Assembly (NCBI GenBank): GCA_018644935.1
Contig: JABGPL010000007.1
Span: 700 to 64,699 of the forward strand
DNA length: 64,000 nt
Direction: 5' to 3'
Source: Calditrichota bacterium
GTDB taxonomy: Bacteria; Electryoneota; AABM5-125-24; Hatepunaeales; Hatepunaeaceae
How positions within the stretch are numbered: the stretch's first letter is position 1; the number at the start of each line of letters is the position of its first letter. Below the pieces are notes generated by a model. That model was not told where the DNA came from, ran no database searches, and was given only the letters and a program-made list of their open reading frames with translations. Positions 47,262 to 56,611 of the stretch are shown piece by piece. A program made the translations under genes and the position numbers.

Positions 47262-48011
47262 CTATATTTCAATTGCAGATGCAGTGGGGGCGATTTGAAG
47301 AATTTCGGATCTACCGGGAAATGCCATATTAAAACTCGCTTTAACCCAATGTGGTCGGTTTGTACGGGGGCTAAGATGTCCCATAAATATCCGGGAGAAT
47401 TTGTCTAATCCTATTTCGCGAATAATGTCGATCGTTTGTTCGTTGCTGAGGTGGGTACGTCTGATCCTCTCTTTTTGCCAGTTTGGATATCCCATATACT
47501 CATTCAATCCATCAGGATCATAGTTGCTTTCTATAAAAAGAACATCTGCATTCTCAATATATCTGCGGGTTGTCTCTGTAATCATACCTGTGTCAGTTAA
47601 ATAACACAGGTGGGTCAAATCTTCATCGGTGACAAAAAATCCATAAGCATTTGCAGTATCATGAACGACATTGAATGCTCTGACTTCAAAGTCACCAACA
47701 AACACGGGTTTTTCATTATCAATCAGTTGGTGATTTACGTTCTTCAATTGGTGTTGACATGATTGGTAAGATTTTTCATTGATATATACTGGTACATCAC
47801 GATATTTTCTTCCGAAAGGACCAATTCCCCGAATGTGATCCCCATGTTCGTGAGTTACAAACACTGCATCAATTTGACTGACGGTTTCAAGCCCCAATTT
47901 GGCGGTAAGGGCCTTTAAACTAATCCCACAATCTATGAGGATATGGGTATTTTCATTACTGATCAGAGTCGAATTCCCTTCAGAGGAAGATGCGACGGAG
48001 TGGATTTGCAT
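47262..48011 (-). CDS. MBL-fold metallo-hydrolase (YycJ-like)
   Basis: VFVTHEHGDHIRG (HxHxDH motif). 249 aa. Confidence 0.8.
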   Translation of the reverse strand: MQIHSVASSSEGNSTLISNENTHILIDCGISLKALTAKLGLETVSQIDAVFVTHEHGDHIRGIGPFGRKYRDVPVYINEKSYQSCQHQLKNVNHQLIDNEKPVFVGDFEVRAFNVVHDTANAYGFFVTDEDLTHLCYLTDTGMITETTRRYIENADVLFIESNYDPDGLNEYMGYPNWQKERIRRTHLSNEQTIDIIREIGLDKFSRIFMGHLSPRTNRPHWVKASFNMAFPGRSEILQIAPTASAIEI

Positions 48012-48235
48012 TTAGATGTCCTGGGTTTTTAGAGGCGTCGCCATGTGTCCCCACATGGCAAAAACAAGGACCTTAATTATAGTATGGATTTTGAGGTATT
48101 TCAATGGAGGGGGGTGAATAGGGAAAATGAGCTCGATAAACATAAACCCAAAGTGGATTAATTTTAGTGCATACATGATAAATTTGAAAATAACAGGTAT
48201 CAGGCAAACTGAAATGGAGTCAGGAAAGAAAAAAA

Positions 48236-48298
48236 CTGGCAGACGAAGGGGAACGCCTGCCAGCACTGCAAGTTGGCAGACGAGACGGTTGTCTGCCA
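48236..48298. repeat. two tandem GGCAG/CTGCC hairpins downstream of nrdJ
   Basis: CTGGCAG-14 nt-CTGCCAG (48236-63) and TGGCAGAC-9 nt-GTCTGCCA (48274-98). Same core as the 8202-8247 palindrome. Confidence 0.6.
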
Positions 48299-48363
48299 GG
48301 ATGATGAATTGCCATCTCGATATGATCGGAATGACAGTTCGAGAAAAGTCTAATAATTAAAGC

Positions 48364-50928
48364 TTACCCACACTTCGAATAACCACAGCTTCTACAGTTT
48401 AAACAGCCTTCTTCAAAGGAGAGTGGAGCAAATCCGCATTCCGGACATTCCTGTTGAACCCGGCCACCAAGCATGTAGATTGGCCCATTCTCCGAATCTT
48501 TGGATTCATCGACGAATGCGATTGGTTTGCCGGATGGCTCATCATTAATCATATCATCAAGTGGCAATTCTGCCTGTTGATGTTCACGATCATTCAGGAA
48601 TCGTTCAAGTGAACGACCTATTCCATCAGGTGTTGAACGGATCAGGTCTCCATCATGCCAGACTGGATTTGTACCGGTGATACCTTTGAGTTGTTTGACA
48701 ATCGCGCGCGGATCAATTCCAGCTCTCAATGCCAGAGATATCAATCTTCCAATAGCTTCAGACTGTGCGGCAGCATTACCACCGGACTTTCCGATTGAAG
48801 CGAAGACCTCACACAACCCGTGCTCATCTTCATTGATTGTTACGTAAAGGGTTCCCTCACCAGTCTCTATCTGTTCGGTGTAACCACGTGTGACCCGCGG
48901 ACGTTTGCGGGGTTTCAATGAGCCCGGAGGTTTACGAACAGTACCATTAATCTTCGGCAACATCGTTGTCTGGGTAGGGAGCTCCATTTTCACCTGTTTT
49001 CCTTGATTTATGTCTGCTTTATCTGATTTGTTTATTTCTTGCGGATTTTCCGAGTTGTCACTCTTCAGAGAGTCGCCGACGTTCATAACCTGTACATCTC
49101 TACTTCCGTCACGATATATGGTCATACCTTTACATTTTAAGTCCCATGCGGACAGGAAGGAATCTTTTATATCCTGAACAGTAGCAGTGTTTGGGAAATT
49201 GATTGTCTTCGAAACAGCATTGTCTGTGTATTCTTGAAATGCGGCCTGCATCCGAATATGCCAATCAGGAGAAATGTCGTGTGCAGTCTTAAACACTCGT
49301 TTTACATCTTCAGGGACCTCTTCCAAGTCGGAAAGATGATCTCCATCTGCAATTTTGTCCATTAGTTCCTGGCTGTACCATCCACCATCGCGAGCCGCTT
49401 CCTCAAATCTTTGATTGACATAAAGAAGCCTATCATCATCCATAACTCGCTTGACGTAGCAGATCGCGAAATTGGGTTCAATACCTCCGGAAACATCTGC
49501 GATCATGGAAATTGTTCCAGTCGGAGCAATTGTCGTCACAGTTGAATTGCGAGACGGTTTCTCAAGTGTTGATAACCCAAAATTAGGGAATGTACCTCTT
49601 TCAACAGATAGTTCATTCGACATCTGTCTGCCTTCTTCCTGAATGAACTTCATTACTTTGCGGGCCATTTCCAATCCATCTTCAGAATCATAGGGTATTT
49701 TCAGAGCATACAGCATATCCGCAAATCCCATTAGTCCGAGTCCAATTCGACGATTACCATATGTCATTTCGCGAATCTTTTCGAGCGGATACTTGTTCAG
49801 GTCAATAATATTATCCAGAAAACGAACTGCATGACGTATTGCAAGCTTCAATCTTGTCCAGTTTATCTCAAGGTCATCAGTTAACATGTTGTTCAGGTTC
49901 ACTGAACCGAGGTTACATGACTCGTAAGGAAGCAAAGGTTGTTCACCGCAAGGATTGGTTGCTTCGACTGCACCGAGCTTGGGTGTTACCTCATGTCGAT
50001 TTATCTCATCGATGAATACCATGCCCGGATCGCCATTGAACCATGCGTTATTTGCAATGAGATCATAGGTTTCTCTGGCGTCCAATTGCCCAACTACATC
50101 TCCATTGTGGGGTGAGATAAGGTCAAAAGGTTCACCTTTCTTTACTGCCTCCATAAAAGCATCAGTTATTGCCACGGAGATATTAAAGTTGGTGATTGAA
50201 ACCATATCTTTTTTGCATTCAATGAATTCGAGAATATCGGGATGATCAATTCTCAAAATCCCCATGTTGGCTCCGCGCCTCGTACCACCTTGCTTTATTG
50301 TTTCTGTAGCGGCGTTAAATACCCACATAAAAGAAACAGGTCCGGATGCTGTGCCGGCAGTAGATGCAACATGTGAAGACTTCGGTCTGATTCGCGAGAA
50401 ACTGAATCCGGTCCCTCCGCCACTTTTGTGAACCATCGCAGCATTTTTTACAGCGTCAAAAATTCCTTCCATAGAATCATCGACAGGTAACACAAAACAA
50501 GCACTGAGCTGACCGAGCTTCCGGCCGGCGTTCATTAAAGTGGGGCTGTTTGGTACAAAATCAAATCTGGAGATAGTCTCGTACAATTCCCGTGCGAACA
50601 TATCCACATCAGCTTCGGGATTGTATTTAGTCTCATTAGATGCGATAGTTCTTGCAACGCGCCAGAACATTTCCCTTGGTTCTTCTGTAGGATTGCCGGA
50701 GCTATCCTTTTTCAGATATCGCCGTTTAAGGATAGTGATTGCATTTTCCGAGAGCATTGGATCCGGAAGATCATCAGGGATGGTTCTGGGAGCTTTGGTC
50801 CCTTTTCTCTCGATTTGTTTGTCAGGTTGTGTGGTTTTTTCGTCTTTTTTACACTCTGATGATGCGGTTGTCGGGTCGAGTGTCTTCAAATCTTCCGTAG
50901 AGATGTTTTTTTCTGGCATTTGGTTCAA
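48364..50928 (-). CDS. nrdJ: class II (adenosylcobalamin-dependent) ribonucleotide reductase
   Basis: PNSPTLMNAG, LSACFVLP, TNPCGEQPL and a C-terminal Cys cluster (CPECG...CLNCRSCGYSKCG). The track start is a TTG at 50928. ATG 50919 and the internal Met-58 are alternative starts. Confidence 0.9.
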   Translation of the reverse strand: MNQMPEKNISTEDLKTLDPTTASSECKKDEKTTQPDKQIERKGTKAPRTIPDDLPDPMLSENAITILKRRYLKKDSSGNPTEEPREMFWRVARTIASNETKYNPEADVDMFARELYETISRFDFVPNSPTLMNAGRKLGQLSACFVLPVDDSMEGIFDAVKNAAMVHKSGGGTGFSFSRIRPKSSHVASTAGTASGPVSFMWVFNAATETIKQGGTRRGANMGILRIDHPDILEFIECKKDMVSITNFNISVAITDAFMEAVKKGEPFDLISPHNGDVVGQLDARETYDLIANNAWFNGDPGMVFIDEINRHEVTPKLGAVEATNPCGEQPLLPYESCNLGSVNLNNMLTDDLEINWTRLKLAIRHAVRFLDNIIDLNKYPLEKIREMTYGNRRIGLGLMGFADMLYALKIPYDSEDGLEMARKVMKFIQEEGRQMSNELSVERGTFPNFGLSTLEKPSRNSTVTTIAPTGTISMIADVSGGIEPNFAICYVKRVMDDDRLLYVNQRFEEAARDGGWYSQELMDKIADGDHLSDLEEVPEDVKRVFKTAHDISPDWHIRMQAAFQEYTDNAVSKTINFPNTATVQDIKDSFLSAWDLKCKGMTIYRDGSRDVQVMNVGDSLKSDNSENPQEINKSDKADINQGKQVKMELPTQTTMLPKINGTVRKPPGSLKPRKRPRVTRGYTEQIETGEGTLYVTINEDEHGLCEVFASIGKSGGNAAAQSEAIGRLISLALRAGIDPRAIVKQLKGITGTNPVWHDGDLIRSTPDGIGRSLERFLNDREHQQAELPLDDMINDEPSGKPIAFVDESKDSENGPIYMLGGRVQQECPECGFAPLSFEEGCLNCRSCGYSKCG

Positions 50929-51259
50929 TGTTTTATGTTGGTTTGGGGTGTAGTTCTTAAGTTCTAATCGCGGCCGGTGAGGACATCAATGGGGTAAATT
51001 CCGCGTATCTTTTTTCGCTTCAATGTAGCGATGATAAATATAGGTGGTGGTTATCAGTTTGTCAAGAGAAAAATGAAGATTTATACTAAATGTGGTATGA
51101 ACGTATGTTCACCACACAAAGGATTGATGTTCGAAGCTGTTTTAAATGTTGTTTTTTAGGTTATTTAATAAGTTCATTTTTGTTTTATGAATTTCGGAAA
51201 GAACTAAAAAAAATTTCTTAGACCCAAAAATGTGATGCAAATCATTTGTGTAATAAAAA

Positions 51260-51286
51260 GGGGCGATTCTAATTTAGAATCGCCCC
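51260..51286. repeat. hairpin GGGGCGATTCT-AATTT-AGAATCGCCCC (related to the GGGCGA class), A-run 5' on the + strand
   Basis: Perfect 11-bp stem. On the minus strand it is followed by TTTTT, so it would act as a minus-strand terminator. Confidence 0.5.
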
Positions 51287-51471
51287 GGGTGAAGAGGAGG
51301 AGTCTGGAGCTTTTCAACTCCATTAAATAATACGACTGTCTGATTATTTCTATTTGTGTTTTTTTTTCCTATAGTATAACTTGTTCTTCGGACAAGAAAT
51401 CCGAATCGATAAATGCACCAGCAGAAAACGTCGCATCCTGTTTCGTAATTAGCAAAACAGGTTCATACATG

Positions 51472-51500
51472 TTGACATCGTAAGAAAAGTTTGTTATACT
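51472..51500 (+). promoter_or_regulatory. sigma70-type promoter of the tRNA-Cys/Leu/Val cluster
   Basis: TTGACA (51472-77), a 17-nt spacer, then TATACT (51495-500). About 40 nt upstream of tRNA-Cys. Confidence 0.55.
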
Positions 51501-51540
51501 TTACTTGCTTTAAGCAAAACCCGCATTATCGGATGTGAAA

Positions 51541-51616
51541 GGCGGCGTAGCCAAGAGGCTAAGGCGGAGGTCTGCAAAACCTCTATTCATCGGTTCGAGT
51601 CCGATCGCCGCCTCCA
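51541..51616 (+). tRNA. tRNA-Cys (GCA), CCA encoded
   Basis: Acceptor GGCGGCG/CGCCGCC, anticodon loop CT-GCA-AA, T-loop GGTTCGAGTCC and 3' TCCA. Confidence 0.85.
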
Positions 51617-51638
51617 GCCTTGTCGAAGGTAAAGTCCC

Positions 51639-51723
51639 GCCGGGGTGGTGGAATAGGTAGACACAAGGGACTTAAAATCCCTCGGCCTTCTTGGCCGTGC
51701 CGGTTCGATTCCGGCCCTCGGCA
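51639..51723 (+). tRNA. tRNA-Leu (TAA), long variable arm
   Basis: Acceptor GCCGGGG/CCTCGGC (one G-U pair), anticodon loop CT-TAA-AA, extra arm and T-loop GGTTCGATTCC. Confidence 0.85.
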
Positions 51724-51726
51724 CGA

Positions 51727-51838
51727 GGTATGGTGTTGTAGTGCAGAAGTGTTGAAGTGTTGAGGTATTTGGAGTACTAATGAATTGGTGTGGAATGTGT
51801 TGATAATATACGCAGCATCACCACAACACCACAATACC
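51727..51838 (+). other. long imperfect hairpin inside the tRNA-Leu/tRNA-Val spacer
   Basis: GGTAT-GGTGTTGT-a-GTG (51727-43) pairs with CAC-c-ACAACACC-aca-ATACC (51819-38). Confidence 0.45.
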
Positions 51839-51859
51839 GCTGTACCACAAGACGAGTAA

Positions 51860-51933
51860 GGGCGATTAGCTCAGCAGGTTAGAGTGCTTGCGTGACATGC
51901 AAGAGGTCACTGGTTCGATTCCAGTATCGCCCA
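51860..51933 (+). tRNA. tRNA-Val (GAC)
   Basis: Acceptor GGGCGAT/ATCGCCC, D-loop AGCTCAGCAGGTTAGAG, anticodon stem CTTGC/GCAAG with loop GT-GAC-AT, and T-loop GGTTCGATTCC. Confidence 0.8.
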
Positions 51934-52029
51934 CAATTTTTAAGAACTAACTGCAAGCCTGTTTTACATTAATTTGTGCATCAGATCAGGCTTAATCGAA
52001 GAACGGAGTAAAAGAAGAAGTGTTCGGAT

Positions 52030-53931
52030 TTGTCTGATAAAACCATCGACATAAATTTAGATGCTCAAGTAGACGCCGGATTAAAAGCCGGCGTTTCTCT
52101 TCAGGATGCGCTCGGTGAGATACCAAAAGGTGTCATCGGTGCTTTCTATATGGGAAGACATTTTGGGCTTGAAGACATAGTCTTTGAATCTGGTGAATAT
52201 AAGCTCCTGAAAGTGAATTCACCAGAATCTATGAACATCTTCTGGCATTCGGCAGCGCATTTACTCGCTCAGGCGGTTAAAAAGCTCTACCCACATGCCA
52301 AACTGGGCATTGGACCGGCGATAAAGAATGGTTTTTATTACGACTTTGATTTCGGAACACCAATTTCAGCCGATGAGCTTGATGCAATAGAAGCTGAAAT
52401 GAAGCGCAATGTTGAAGCTGACTTACCAATAGTTCGTCAAGAGTTAAGCCCGGAAGAAGCACTTGGATTTTTCAATACCGAAGGGCAGACATATAAAGTT
52501 GAATTGATTGAAGAGCTAGCCGAGCAGATTTCGACATACTCTCAGGGAGAATTTACCGATCTCTGCCGCGGTCCACATTTGCCTTCAACCGGATATCTTA
52601 AATTTTTCAAGCTCACTGCAATCACCGGAGCTTATTGGCGGGGTGATGAACGCAACCCGATGCTTCAACGGATTTATGGTACTGCATATCCGACATCCAA
52701 AGAACTGAAAAACCACCTCCGGCGTGTTGAAGAGGCCAAAAAACGGGATCATAGACTGCTCGGAAAGCAGCTTAAACTCTTCAGTTTCCAGCCGGAAGCT
52801 CCAGGAGCACCTTTCTGGCACCCACGTGGTCGAGTTATCTGGAATGAAACCCTTTCCTATATAAGGGGCTTGTTGTCGAAGAGAGGCTATGGTGAGGTTG
52901 GAACTCCGTTGATAATGACTCAGGATCTCTGGGAAAAATCTGGCCATTGGGACCATTATCATAATAATATGTACTTTACATCTCTTGAAAACAGAGATTA
53001 TGCCATAAAGCCGATGAATTGCCCGGGTGCGGTGCTGATGTACAAATCCGATCAATGGAGTTATCGAGATTTGCCATTGAGATGGGCTGAAATCGGAATT
53101 GTACATAGATATGAAAAATCGGGCACATTGCATGGGCTTTTCAGAGTCCGACACATAACCCAGGATGATGCTCACGTTTTCTGCACTGATGATCAGTTAG
53201 TTGATGAGGTTGGCAAGTTAATCAATCTGGTTACAGAAGTACTGAATCACTTTGGAATGACGGATATAGAGGTTGAACTTTCAACTCGACCCAAGGACAG
53301 AATTGGTAGTGATGAATTCTGGGATAGAGCCGAACAGGCGCTTGAGGATTCACTTAAAGCAAACGAGACTGAATACTCAGTTAATGAAGGTGAAGGTGCC
53401 TTCTATGGTCCGAAAATTGATTTTCATATATTAGATAGTCTGGGACGGAGCTGGCAGCTCAGTACAATTCAACTTGATTTTAATTTCCCGGAACGATTTG
53501 ATCTCGAGTATATCGGACCAGACAATCAACCACATCGTCCCGTGATGTTACACCGTGCAATATTCGGTTCAATTGAACGATTCATAGGAATCTTAATTGA
53601 ACATTATGCTGGCGACTTTCCACTGTGGCTGACCCCGGAACAGGCAATCGTTCTGCCAATATCTGAACAACAGGTACAGGCAGCCGAAGATGTCCAGTGC
53701 AAATTAATTGATGCTGGGATGCGGTGTGGCATAGACAGTCGAAATGAGAAAATCGGACGTAAAATCCGTGATGCAGAAAAGGGCAAAATCCCGTATATGT
53801 TAATCATTGGGCAGCGTGAAGCAGAAGATGGAACGGTTTCATTACGCCGCCGTGGTAAGGGAGACCTTGGGGTTTTATCCTTAGATGAATTGAAAAAAAG
53901 TATGGATCAGGAAATCATTGCCGGTAGCTGA
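52030..53931 (+). CDS. thrS: threonine--tRNA ligase
   Basis: TGS plus second additional domain (WHSAAHLLAQA). The class II core has HRYEKSGTLHGLFRVRHITQDDAHVF. TTG start. Confidence 0.95.
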   Translation: MSDKTIDINLDAQVDAGLKAGVSLQDALGEIPKGVIGAFYMGRHFGLEDIVFESGEYKLLKVNSPESMNIFWHSAAHLLAQAVKKLYPHAKLGIGPAIKNGFYYDFDFGTPISADELDAIEAEMKRNVEADLPIVRQELSPEEALGFFNTEGQTYKVELIEELAEQISTYSQGEFTDLCRGPHLPSTGYLKFFKLTAITGAYWRGDERNPMLQRIYGTAYPTSKELKNHLRRVEEAKKRDHRLLGKQLKLFSFQPEAPGAPFWHPRGRVIWNETLSYIRGLLSKRGYGEVGTPLIMTQDLWEKSGHWDHYHNNMYFTSLENRDYAIKPMNCPGAVLMYKSDQWSYRDLPLRWAEIGIVHRYEKSGTLHGLFRVRHITQDDAHVFCTDDQLVDEVGKLINLVTEVLNHFGMTDIEVELSTRPKDRIGSDEFWDRAEQALEDSLKANETEYSVNEGEGAFYGPKIDFHILDSLGRSWQLSTIQLDFNFPERFDLEYIGPDNQPHRPVMLHRAIFGSIERFIGILIEHYAGDFPLWLTPEQAIVLPISEQQVQAAEDVQCKLIDAGMRCGIDSRNEKIGRKIRDAEKGKIPYMLIIGQREAEDGTVSLRRRGKGDLGVLSLDELKKSMDQEIIAGS

Positions 53932-54033
53932 AGGCGATCGGATGATTTATAAATAAACGGAGGTGCAGGTTATCTGCAAATTTGAAATTAGTTATTTGAA
54001 CTCAGAGATTTCGTATGGAGGCCTCTAATAGGA

Positions 54034-54573
54034 ATTAAATCCATACACGAGTCGCGAGATCAAAACAAAGGCTTGCGAATAAACGATGAGATAATTGCCG
54101 AAAAGGTACGCCTCATTGGTCCTGATAGCCAGCAAATTGGTGTTGTCAGCGTTAGGGAAGCTCTGGATCTTGCTGAAGAATATAATCTTGACCTGGTCGA
54201 GATTGCGCCCACCGCAAAACCACCAGTGTGCAAGGTCATTGATTATGGCAAGTTCAAATACGAACTTAGCAAGAAAGAAAAAGATGCCAGAAAAAAACAG
54301 CACACAGTTCAGGTAAAAAAGATCCGAATGTCACCTAATATTGATGACCATGATTTCCGGGTTAAAATTAATATGGCACGGAAATTCATCGAAGAGGGGA
54401 ATCGGGTTAAAGCAACTCTGTTTATGCGTGGTCGGCAGGTAACTCGCCCCGAACATGCCGAACAGGTTCTGGTGAGGATTGTGGCTGAGCTGGCGGATAT
54501 CGCTAAAGCTGATGGTACGCCAAAGCTGGAAGGACGCAACAATATGTCACTTCTGCTCGTTTCGAAGAAGTAA
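54034..54573 (+). CDS. infC: translation initiation factor IF-3 (probable non-canonical AUU or AUA start)
   Basis: RINDEIIAEKVRLIGPDSQQIGV and APTAKPPVCKVIDYGKFKYE. The frame is open upstream of the track's TTG (54073). In-frame ATT 54034 or ATA 54028 follow GGAGG (54017-21). Confidence 0.85.
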   Translation: MKSIHESRDQNKGLRINDEIIAEKVRLIGPDSQQIGVVSVREALDLAEEYNLDLVEIAPTAKPPVCKVIDYGKFKYELSKKEKDARKKQHTVQVKKIRMSPNIDDHDFRVKINMARKFIEEGNRVKATLFMRGRQVTRPEHAEQVLVRIVAELADIAKADGTPKLEGRNNMSLLLVSKK

Positions 54574-54876
54574 ACCTGTAGATTTGAACTATACAAATAA
54601 AGTCTTTAATTTTTGGTACGATAGATATCTGTGTTGTCACTGATTTGTGAAGGCAAGATAACTCTCAGACGTGCTGGCTAACTTCTCGGCTGCCATGCAT
54701 GTCGGGTTTTCTCTATATGGCAATTGCCAGGAGAGAACTTTACAACAAACCGTTTTTCGAGCAATAAAATTTGGTTGAGTATACCAGTTTCTCAGTTTGA
54801 AAAACATTTTTAAGCTCGATTGGGAAACCTATTGAGCTGTTAAACTAATTGGAAATGAACACTAAAGGTGATTTAA

Positions 54877-55071
54877 ATGCCGAAGATGAAATCAAACCGG
54901 GCAGCGAAAAAGAGATTTCGCGTAACCGGAAAAGGTAAGGTGCTGCGCGAACATGCGTATGCAAGTCATAAATTTACATCGAAGTCTCAGGATCGAAAGC
55001 GGAAGTTGCGTAAGGCAGGGCAGGTATCAAGTGCTGACATGCCTAAGCTCAAGCGGATGATTCAAATATAA
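54877..55071 (+). CDS. rpmI: 50S ribosomal protein L35
   Basis: MPKMKSNRAAKKRFRVTGKGKV. 64 aa. AAAGGTG RBS. Confidence 0.95.
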   Translation: MPKMKSNRAAKKRFRVTGKGKVLREHAYASHKFTSKSQDRKRKLRKAGQVSSADMPKLKRMIQI

Positions 55072-55088
55072 TGATTAGGAGATAAAAC

Positions 55089-55442
55089 ATGCCAAGATCA
55101 AGAAATTTAGCCGCTTCCCATGAAAGGCGCAAGAAGATCCGCAAACTGGCTAAGGGAAATTACGGCTCACGACGCAATCTCCTTAGATCCATGCGAGATA
55201 CAGTCCGCAGAGCAGGAGCATTTAGTTTCTCGCACAGACGCAAACGTCCCGGTGATTTTCGTCGTCTCTGGATAATGAGAATTAATGCTGCGTGCCGCGA
55301 ACATGGTTTGAGCTATTCAAAATTCATGCATGGCTTAAAAGAATTGGAAATCAACATAGATCGTAAAATACTTGCCGAGATGGCAGTACTCGATCCGGCT
55401 TCCTTTAAAGCTATTGTTGATAAGGTTAATGCCACAATGTAA
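55089..55442 (+). CDS. rplT: 50S ribosomal protein L20
   Basis: RRLWIMRINAACREHGLSYSKFMHGL. 117 aa. Confidence 0.95.
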   Translation: MPRSRNLAASHERRKKIRKLAKGNYGSRRNLLRSMRDTVRRAGAFSFSHRRKRPGDFRRLWIMRINAACREHGLSYSKFMHGLKELEINIDRKILAEMAVLDPASFKAIVDKVNATM

Positions 55443-55473
55443 GTTAATAAGTCGGATTTGTTATATATGTGTT

Positions 55474-55499
55474 AAAAACGGGCATTAATGCCCGTTTTT
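55474..55499 (+). terminator. rho-independent terminator after rplT
   Basis: AAAAACGGGCAT-TA-ATGCCCGTTTTT. Confidence 0.75.
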
Positions 55500-55544
55500 A
55501 GCTACTATGATAATTCGAATCAAGAATTTCCGGAGACAGTTGGA

Positions 55545-56570
55545 ATGTCAAAATTTGATTTTGATTCCTTGAGGAAAGAGTTAGAAGAAAAAGGCGCAGC
55601 AATCAAAAGCCTTGATGAAGCCCAGCATATCAGAAACGAATTTGCGGGGCGCAAAGCAATGACGGCTGCTTCAGGTTCTATCAGTTCAATTAAGGAACCT
55701 GCCGAACGAAAAGAATATGGAAAAGCTTTTGGCGCATATAAAGCATTTGCCGTTCAATTTACAGATGAACTGTTACAACAGTTTGAACGTCGTGCAAAAC
55801 AGCAAAGCCTTGACCTGACTCTTCCCGGTAGCCGTTTCCATTCGGGATCCCTGCATCCACTAACCCAGGTGCAAAATGAAGTTATAGATGTGTTTCGAGG
55901 AATGGGTTTTTCCGTTGAAACCGGTCCGGAAGTTGAGTCAGTTTTCTATAATTTCGATGCGCTCAATACTCCTGAATGGCATCCTGCACGAGATCTTAGT
56001 GACACTTTTTATGTGGATATGAAAGGTGAGGATCGGTTGAACTGGGTGCTAAGAACTGAAACATCCCCGGTGCAAATCAGGGTAATGCAAACCAAAAAGC
56101 CACCGATACGCATAATTGCTCCCGGCAGAGTTTATCGCAGTGATAAACCAGATGCAACTCACACACCAATCTTCAGTCAGGTTGAAGGTTTGTATGTTGA
56201 TGAAGGCGTCAGTTTTGCTGACCTGAAAGGAACGGTACTCGCATTTTATCGAGCAATGTTTGGTTCGGATATAAAAACCCGATTCCGTCCTCATTTTTTC
56301 CCATTCACCGAGCCTTCTGCTGAGGTAGACATGTCATGCATCTTCTGTGGAGCGAAGGGCTGTCGAGTTTGCAAGCATTCGGGATGGCTTGAAATGGGTG
56401 GTTCGGGAATGGTCGACCCAAAAGTTTTAGATGTGGTTGGCATAGATTCAGAAAAATACACCGGATGGGCCTTCGGGCTTGGGATTGAACGCATTGCAAT
56501 GCTGAAATTTGGTGTTAATGATCTTAGATTGTTTTATGAAAATGATGTCCGTTTTTTGAGTCAATTCTAA
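55545..56570 (+). CDS. pheS: phenylalanine--tRNA ligase alpha subunit
   Basis: FPFTEPSAEVD and GWAFGLGIERIAML. ATG 55545 has GGAG 9 nt upstream. The track start at 55488 lies inside the rplT terminator hairpin. Confidence 0.9.
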   Translation: MSKFDFDSLRKELEEKGAAIKSLDEAQHIRNEFAGRKAMTAASGSISSIKEPAERKEYGKAFGAYKAFAVQFTDELLQQFERRAKQQSLDLTLPGSRFHSGSLHPLTQVQNEVIDVFRGMGFSVETGPEVESVFYNFDALNTPEWHPARDLSDTFYVDMKGEDRLNWVLRTETSPVQIRVMQTKKPPIRIIAPGRVYRSDKPDATHTPIFSQVEGLYVDEGVSFADLKGTVLAFYRAMFGSDIKTRFRPHFFPFTEPSAEVDMSCIFCGAKGCRVCKHSGWLEMGGSGMVDPKVLDVVGIDSEKYTGWAFGLGIERIAMLKFGVNDLRLFYENDVRFLSQF

Positions 56571-56611
56571 GCCGGTATTCGTTTAGAATACACTAAGATG
56601 TAGAAGAAAAT

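Noticed and set aside
48012-48266. 84-aa minus-strand ORF upstream of the MBL hydrolase gene
   Set aside because: Its 5' part is made of the GGCAG/CTGCC hairpin repeats. The translation is low-complexity and hydrophobic, and there is no RBS.
50929-51250. Possible cobalamin riboswitch or NrdR operator upstream of nrdJ
   Set aside because: I found no B12-box-like core and no 16-bp NrdR-type palindrome pair. The only structures are an imperfect inverted repeat (TGTGGT...ACCACA, 51091-51116) and a CGCGG...CCGCG stem (about 50971-51007), which is not enough to call.
51583-51834. 83-aa minus-strand ORF
   Set aside because: It lies entirely over tRNA-Cys, tRNA-Leu and their spacer. The tRNA cloverleaves are unambiguous, so the ORF is an artefact.
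54025-54316. ORFs 54025..54303 (-) and 54095..54316 (+)
   Set aside because: They are antisense to or out of frame with the clearly conserved IF-3 coding sequence.
55488-55544. Upstream ATG (55488) as the pheS start
   Set aside because: This ATG sits inside the rplT terminator hairpin (ATGCCCGTTTTT). ATG 55545 has a GGAG RBS and gives a normal PheS N-terminus.
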